DNA from: the human T2T-CHM13v2.0 reference genome, Homo sapiens
Length of the DNA: 64,000 bases
Assembly (NCBI RefSeq): GCF_009914755.1
Contig: NC_060947.1
Reading direction: 5' to 3' (one strand)
Below are positions 60,026 to 64,000 of this stretch, piece by piece. Position 1 is the stretch's first letter, and each line of letters starts with the position of its first letter. Made by a program: the position numbers and the translations under genes. The notes beneath the pieces are model-generated. The model saw only the letters and a program-made list of their open reading frames with translations, made no database searches and was not told the origin of the DNA.

Positions 60026-63000
60026 TTAATTTAAGGTGATAGCAACACTTTTTGCGTAAACCAACATACAATCCAAAAACCTAGTGAAAACCCAACGCCA
60101 TAACTTCGTATCCCGCTTTTTAATTTTTGTTGTTTCTATTTGTACCTTATTGTACTCTATGTCTTCAAACGTCATTGTAGTTATTATTTTTTATTAGTTT
60201 ATCATTTAGTCTTTCTACTTAGGATAACAGTAGTTTACACACCAAAATAATAATGGCATAATATTCTGTGTCTTTCTGAGTACTTAATATTAACAGGGAG
60301 TTTTTTTACCTTCAGGTAGTTAGTGATTTTTCATTAATATTCTTTTTTTTTTTTTTTCTGAAGTACTCCCTTTAGCATTTCTTGTAGGACAGGTTTACAG
60401 TTGATAACATTCCCCAGCTTTTACTTGTCTGGGAAGGTACTTCTCCTTCATGTCTGAAGGGTATTTTTACTGCATATGCCATTCTAGGGCAAAAGGTTTG
60501 CTTTAAGCACTTTCAATGTTATGCCACTCTCTCCTGGCCTGTGAGAGTTCCACCGATAAGTCTGCTACCAGATGTGTTGGAGTTCCATTGTATATTATTT
60601 GTTTCTTTTCTCTTGCTGCTTTTAGGATGCTTTCTTTATCCTTGACCTTTGGGAGTTTGATTATTAAGTGGTGGTCTTTGGGTTAAGTCTGCTTGGTCTT
60701 TTATTTACTTCTTGTAGTTGCACATGATATCTTTCTCTAGGTCTGGAAAGTTATTTGATAGTATCATTTTGATACTCTTTCTACCTTTATCTCTTACTCT
60801 GCCTCCTCTTTAAGGCTAATAGCAGTTAGATTTGCCCCTTTGAGGCTATTTTCTACATGGTGTAGATGTGGTTCATTGTTATTCAATCATTTTTATTTTG
60901 TCTCCTCTGACCGTACATTTTTAAATAGCCTGTCTTCAGGCTCACAGATTCTTTCTTCTACTTTATAAATTTGGCTATTAAAAAACTCTGAGGCATTCTT
61001 CAGTATGCCAATTGCAATTATTAGCTCCAGAATTTCTGCTTGATTATTTTTTGTCATTTCAATCTCTTCGTTAACTTTATCTCATAGGATTCTGAATTCC
61101 TTCTCTGTGTTATTTTGAATTTTTTTGAGTTTCCTCAAAAGAGCTATTTTGAATTCTTTGTCTGAAAAGCCACACTTCTCTGTTTCTCTAGGATTGGTTC
61201 CTGGTGACTTACATAGTTCATTTTTTGAGGTCACATTTTCCTGGTTTATCTTGATGCTTATAGATATTTGTCAGTTTCTGGGCATTGAAGAATTACATAT
61301 TTATTGTAGTGCTCTCAGTCTGTGCTTATTTGTACCTGTCCTTCTGCTATGGCTTTCTAGATATTTTAAAGAACTTAGGGATTGTGATCTTAGCTTCATC
61401 TGTTTTAGAGGGCACCCTAAGCCCAGTAATACTGTGGTTCTTGTAGATTCACAGAGGTACTGAGTTTATGGTCTTGGACAAGATCCAGAGGAATTTTCTA
61501 GGTAACCATGCGGAAACTCTTATTCATTTTTCTTACTTCCACTAAATAAACAGAGTCTCTCTCTCTCTGTTCTGAGCCCCCTGAACCTGAGTGTGTAGTA
61601 ACACAAGGACTCCTGTGGCCACCACCACTACGACTGTGCTTGGTCAGACCTAAAGCCAGCATAGCACTGGTTCTCACCCAAGGCCTGATGTAACCACTCC
61701 CTGATTATCTCCTATGTTTGCTCAATGCACTGGTGCTCTACAATCAGCATGTGGCAAAGCCAGCCAGACCTGTGTCCTTCCCTTCAGGGTAGAGAGTTCC
61801 CCCTGGCCTTGGGTTGATCAAGAGATGCTGTCTTGGAGCCAGGGACTAGAATCAAGAACCTTATAAGTCTACCATCTATTATATTGTATTGTGGCTGAGC
61901 CTGCACTCAAACCACTAGATGCAGACTTTCACACTCCTCCTTCCCCTCTCCAAAGACAGAAGTGCCTCTACCCATGTCCACTATGATTACAAGCCCATGT
62001 GGAGTATCACCAGGCTATTGCCCATGTTCCTGTAAGGCCCAACAGCTCTTCAGTCAGCCTGTGGTAATTGCTGCCTGGGATGGAACTCACCCTTCCAGGC
62101 ATTGGGCTCTCCTCTGGCCCAGGGCAGGTCCAGAAATAATGTCCAAGATTCAAGTCCTGGAATCCGGGATCAAAAGTGCCTGCTTGATGCTTACCACTCT
62201 TTGGTCAAGCTGGTACCTAAGGTGCAAGACAAAGTCCCCTTTACTTTTCTATCTGCTTTTCTTAACCAGAAGGACTCTCATCCAATAGACAACACAGCTG
62301 GGAAGGTGCTGAGTCTCAAATTAAGCCAAGAAGTCAGAGTCTCATCCAAATTTCTGGATATACTTCCTGGGGATAACTGCTGGTTATTCAGGATGCAATG
62401 GCTCTATGGTTTGTAGGTGATGAATGCTGTCAGGACAGGGTTCTTCTCCTCAAGGCAGCAGGTTCCCTTTTGGCCTATGGTGTGTTTAGAAATTTCATTC
62501 AGGAGCTAGGGCCTGGAAAAGGGGCCTCATGAAGCTGACAGGTGCCCTATCTTGCTGTGGCTCAGCTCTTATACAAGATGCAAGGAAAGTCCTCCCCAGT
62601 CTTTTCTCTCCTCTCCTAAAAAAAAAAAAAAAAAGGAATGTGTTTCCTTTGGAGCTGCAAGCTGTGCAGCCTGGAGTTAGGGAAGGGATGATGCCAGTAT
62701 TCCCTTATCTGCTTCAGCTGGTATCTTGGTAGGTCATGTGCCTTCCTACTCCACTAATCTTGGGCCCAGTTCAGCACTAGGATTCACCTAGGCCTTTCAG
62801 TCCTTGTGGCCTAGATTGCCTTTCAAGTTTATTTAGGGTCCCAGAATGCTTTAGCCTGCTTTGGCGAGGTTTGTGGGAACCGAAGTTTAGGCTGCTGGGA
62901 TTGGCTATTCCTCTCTGGCTATGGCTGTTTTAAATGCTCACTCCATGGATGAGCATTAGCTGACTTTGTTCTAGCTTTATTTTCTGCTATAACAGGAGTA

Positions 63001-63569
63001 CTGAGTTCAATTCCTCACAACTTCTGCAGTTTCTCTTTCCCTAGCACATAGGAACACTCTTTGCACCATACATCCACTGCTGGGAGATTGGGAAGGGGTG
63101 GTGTGGACAATTCAAGACTGTCTTTTTCTACCTCTTCAGTGCTTCCTTTCAGTAATATGAAGTTAAAACCACATACTGTGAGTGCTTACCTAATTTTTCA
63201 GTTCTTAACGATGGTGCTTTTTTGTGTAATTATTTGTTCAATTTGTGTCCTAGTGGGGGTTTAATGATCAATAGAGCCTTCTATTCTGTTATCTTGCTCT
63301 CATCCTCTATTTTCTGTTTTTTTGTGGATAGAAAAGATATATGTTTCCTGTAAAATTATTTTAGTTTAGAATATTATTATTTTTATTAATACCTCAGAGC
63401 GAATGTGTTTGATATTATGATGTTGGGCAATAGACACAGATGGGTTACTGGCATCGACAAAGACTCAATGTTCATACACAGTTGTAAAATTGGGATACCT
63501 GCCTCTTACAACAATAGAAAATATTAAGGATATTACAAGTGAACAAGGCTAGGAAGGTGCAGAAGGAGA

Positions 63570-64000
63570 GTACTTCAACATAATAAAAGCTATGTAAGAC
63601 AAGCCTACAGCTAGCAGTATACTCAACCAGTGAAAAGTGGAAAGCTTTTACTCTAAGATGAGGAGAAAACAAAGATGCCCACTTTCACCACTTGGATTCA
63701 CCACAGTAGTAAAAGTCCAAGCCAGAACAAATTCAGCAAGAAAATGTATAAAAGCCATCTTAATAAGAAGTTAAATTGTCTCTTTTTGCAGATGACAGGA
63801 TCTTATATATAGAAAACATTAAAAATTTCATTAAAAATTGTTAGACCTAATAAATTCAACAAAGTTGCAGGATACAACATACAAAAATTTGTTGTGTTTT
63901 TATGCACTAGTCATGAACAATCTGAAGAGGAAATTGAAAAAAACAATCCCACTTCCAATAATGCCAAAAAGAAGACCATATTTAGGACTGAAAATGTGGG
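63570..64000 (+). mobile_element. Old L1 ORF2 fragment running off the window
   Basis: aaagatgcccactttcaccac, aaattgtctctttttgcagatgac, aaagttgcaggatacaa. Confidence 0.8.

Overview
This is primate (most likely human chrX, Xq23) genomic DNA, not a prokaryotic window. It holds the complete 14-coding-exon gene SLC6A14 (Na+/Cl- dependent amino-acid transporter ATB0,+) on the + strand. I reconstructed its CDS from 22333 to 44570: all introns are GT-AG, phases are consistent, and the total is 1929 nt = 642 aa + stop. The cancer/testis gene CT83 (KK-LC-1/CXorf61) lies tail-to-tail on the - strand (2 coding exons, 113 aa). The rest is mostly interspersed repeats: Alu, L1, MaLR LTRs, a near full-length Tigger1, MER20 and MIR/L2, with a nested L1 block from about 50.7 kb to the end. 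Nearly all entries in the ORF track are repeat-derived or spurious. I found no convincing new biological system. The best second-look items are regulatory or structural: convergent poly(A) signals about 260 bp apart, a possible TM-less CT83 isoform, a head-to-head L1/Alu composite insertion, reconstituted 5' splice sites at exon junctions, inverted Alus, a sense THE1 LTR upstream of the promoter, and several local duplications, hairpins and G4 motifs. Gene and repeat names are recognised from memory; subfamily calls and most repeat boundaries are approximate.
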